This document shows positions 56,976 through 58,197 of a stretch of 58,197 bases of DNA, in pieces. The position numbers and the translations under genes are program-made. The DNA lies in the IMG/VR virus record IMGVR_UViG_3300024981_000262, positions 1 through 58,197 of that record. One strand, given 5' to 3'. The notes under the pieces are model-generated. The model saw only the letters and a program-made list of their open reading frames with translations. It was not told the DNA's origin and searched no databases. Origin of the DNA: a virus. Taxonomy: Duplodnaviria; Caudoviricetes. Each line of letters begins with the position of its first letter. The first letter of the stretch is position 1.

Positions 56976-58197
56976 TAGTATCGCCAACTTCGCTGTACCT
57001 GATGGGGCAAATGTTGTATTCCTCGGAAGACGGCCCGATACTGCCGTTCTCGTCGTCGATCCTATGACAGGAATCGAACGGCGACGCCTGCCGGGATTCA
57101 TCGGCTCCACGTCGCTAGGATGTAGCCCGGATGGTACACTCTGTTTGATGGCAGGTGCGATCACGCCGGAAAGCACGGCATCGACCACGCTGCTCTACAA
57201 CGTTGCCGATGGCCGCCTTCTGTGGCAGAAGACCGAACAGGCTCGCTTCATGGCGATGTCGACGAAACTTGATCGTCTGCTACTTCGATTTAGTGATACT
57301 CAGGATTATGAACTTCGTAGTCTGACGACAGGCGAAACCATCAAACGATTCAATAGCCTGATCGAGTATGTATTCATGGACGAATGGCACCAGCGCATCT
57401 ATGTCGGTACTGGAAAGTGGGGCGGTGAGTTCGGCAACTGGACCGTCGAACTTGATGCTACGACTGGTCAGGAACTGAACAAGTGGGGCTTGGCGACGTA
57501 CGGGCCGATGTGCCGCCTAAAGGATTCCGATACGCTCCTCGTATTTGGTGAGGATCTTCAGAAGCCGGGACTACGGCTAGCAAAAGTCCTGGGATTGAAT
57601 GTGAAGACGGGCGGACGTAGTGTGGTGCTTGAGTGTCCGGAGAATACCTCTGATGTGTGTGGGTGTATTGGCTGGAACATTCTTGCACGCTGGACTATCT
57701 CCCCTGACCAGCAAAGCGCTCTTCTGCATCAGGTTCGTAATCAGCGTACCATTGCTGTCCTTGCTCGGCGATTCCAAATAGAAAGAATGATTGGATCGGA
57801 GTGCTTTATCAATGAACCAATCATGCTATTTGGCGAACCAATGGGGATAAACCGTGAATTCGTTGATGTCGTCAATAACAACTTTTACTATATACCCAAA
57901 CAGTTTATTTGCCGCGCCATCGGTCCGACCCTACCCGTACCCGAGCCCGGTGCGCCGACACCTCTCATGATGGTTGTCGATGGCAGCACCCTCCGCATCA
58001 CACCACCATCCGATGCCGCTGGCGAAGGCTTTCTCTCCATCACGGATATGAGCGGACGACTCGTGCAGCGATCCACGGTGGTATTGGGTGGCCGTCCGGT
58101 CTCCGTTTCAGTGGGTGGCCTACCGACCGGAAGCTATCTCTGTAGTCTGCAAGCAGGCTCCATAGCGGCCACTGGTAAGTTCTCCGTCGTCCAGTAA
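56854..58197 (+). CDS. Secreted beta-propeller-like protein with T9SS CTD (paralog B)
   Basis: Same signal peptide, central block and CTD as 54839-56176. Confidence 0.85.
   Translation: MYRSKLLGFLGAIVLLTASSGATPQDGDAAVHIGPIRWTKDSIANFAVPDGANVVFLGRRPDTAVLVVDPMTGIERRRLPGFIGSTSLGCSPDGTLCLMAGAITPESTASTTLLYNVADGRLLWQKTEQARFMAMSTKLDRLLLRFSDTQDYELRSLTTGETIKRFNSLIEYVFMDEWHQRIYVGTGKWGGEFGNWTVELDATTGQELNKWGLATYGPMCRLKDSDTLLVFGEDLQKPGLRLAKVLGLNVKTGGRSVVLECPENTSDVCGCIGWNILARWTISPDQQSALLHQVRNQRTIAVLARRFQIERMIGSECFINEPIMLFGEPMGINREFVDVVNNNFYYIPKQFICRAIGPTLPVPEPGAPTPLMMVVDGSTLRITPPSDAAGEGFLSITDMSGRLVQRSTVVLGGRPVSVSVGGLPTGSYLCSLQAGSIAATGKFSVVQ

Noticed and set aside
54839-58197. Diversity-generating retroelement template/variable repeats
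   Set aside because: No reverse transcriptase; differences are not adenine-specific and include indels

Overview
The window is almost entirely one integrated element of at least 54 kb. It runs from a tyrosine integrase at 1-1458 to a displaced 3' half of tRNA-Thr(UGU) at 53914-53958 (attR-like); the intact tRNA and attL are predicted just left of the window. Multiple T9SS C-terminal sorting domains point to an FCB-group host, possibly Kapabacteria-like (inference). The element has three parts. (i) A lysogeny/replication module: three related XRE-type HTH proteins, excisionase, a phage replication initiator preceded by a tRNA-like RNA, and Fic. (ii) About 11.5 kb of secreted T9SS cargo. (iii) A ~29 kb minus-strand operon with no recognisable terminase, portal, HK97 capsid or tail genes. 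Instead it encodes two or three candidate single-jelly-roll capsid proteins, many small membrane proteins, a histone-like protein, a 13-repeat fibre, three cell-wall hydrolases, a transglutaminase-fold Cys enzyme, and a 2070-aa methylase/Strawberry-notch helicase polyvalent protein. My best reading is a large tailless, internal-membrane provirus (Halopanivirales/Portogloboviridae-like). A recurrent L-[G/S/A]-D linker motif across the late proteins may be the cleavage site of a virus-encoded maturation protease. Beyond attR lie a truncated sibling integrase and two tandem mosaic T9SS paralogs that share an upstream DNA box with the cargo inside the element. All family calls come from motif recognition by eye; no searches were run.
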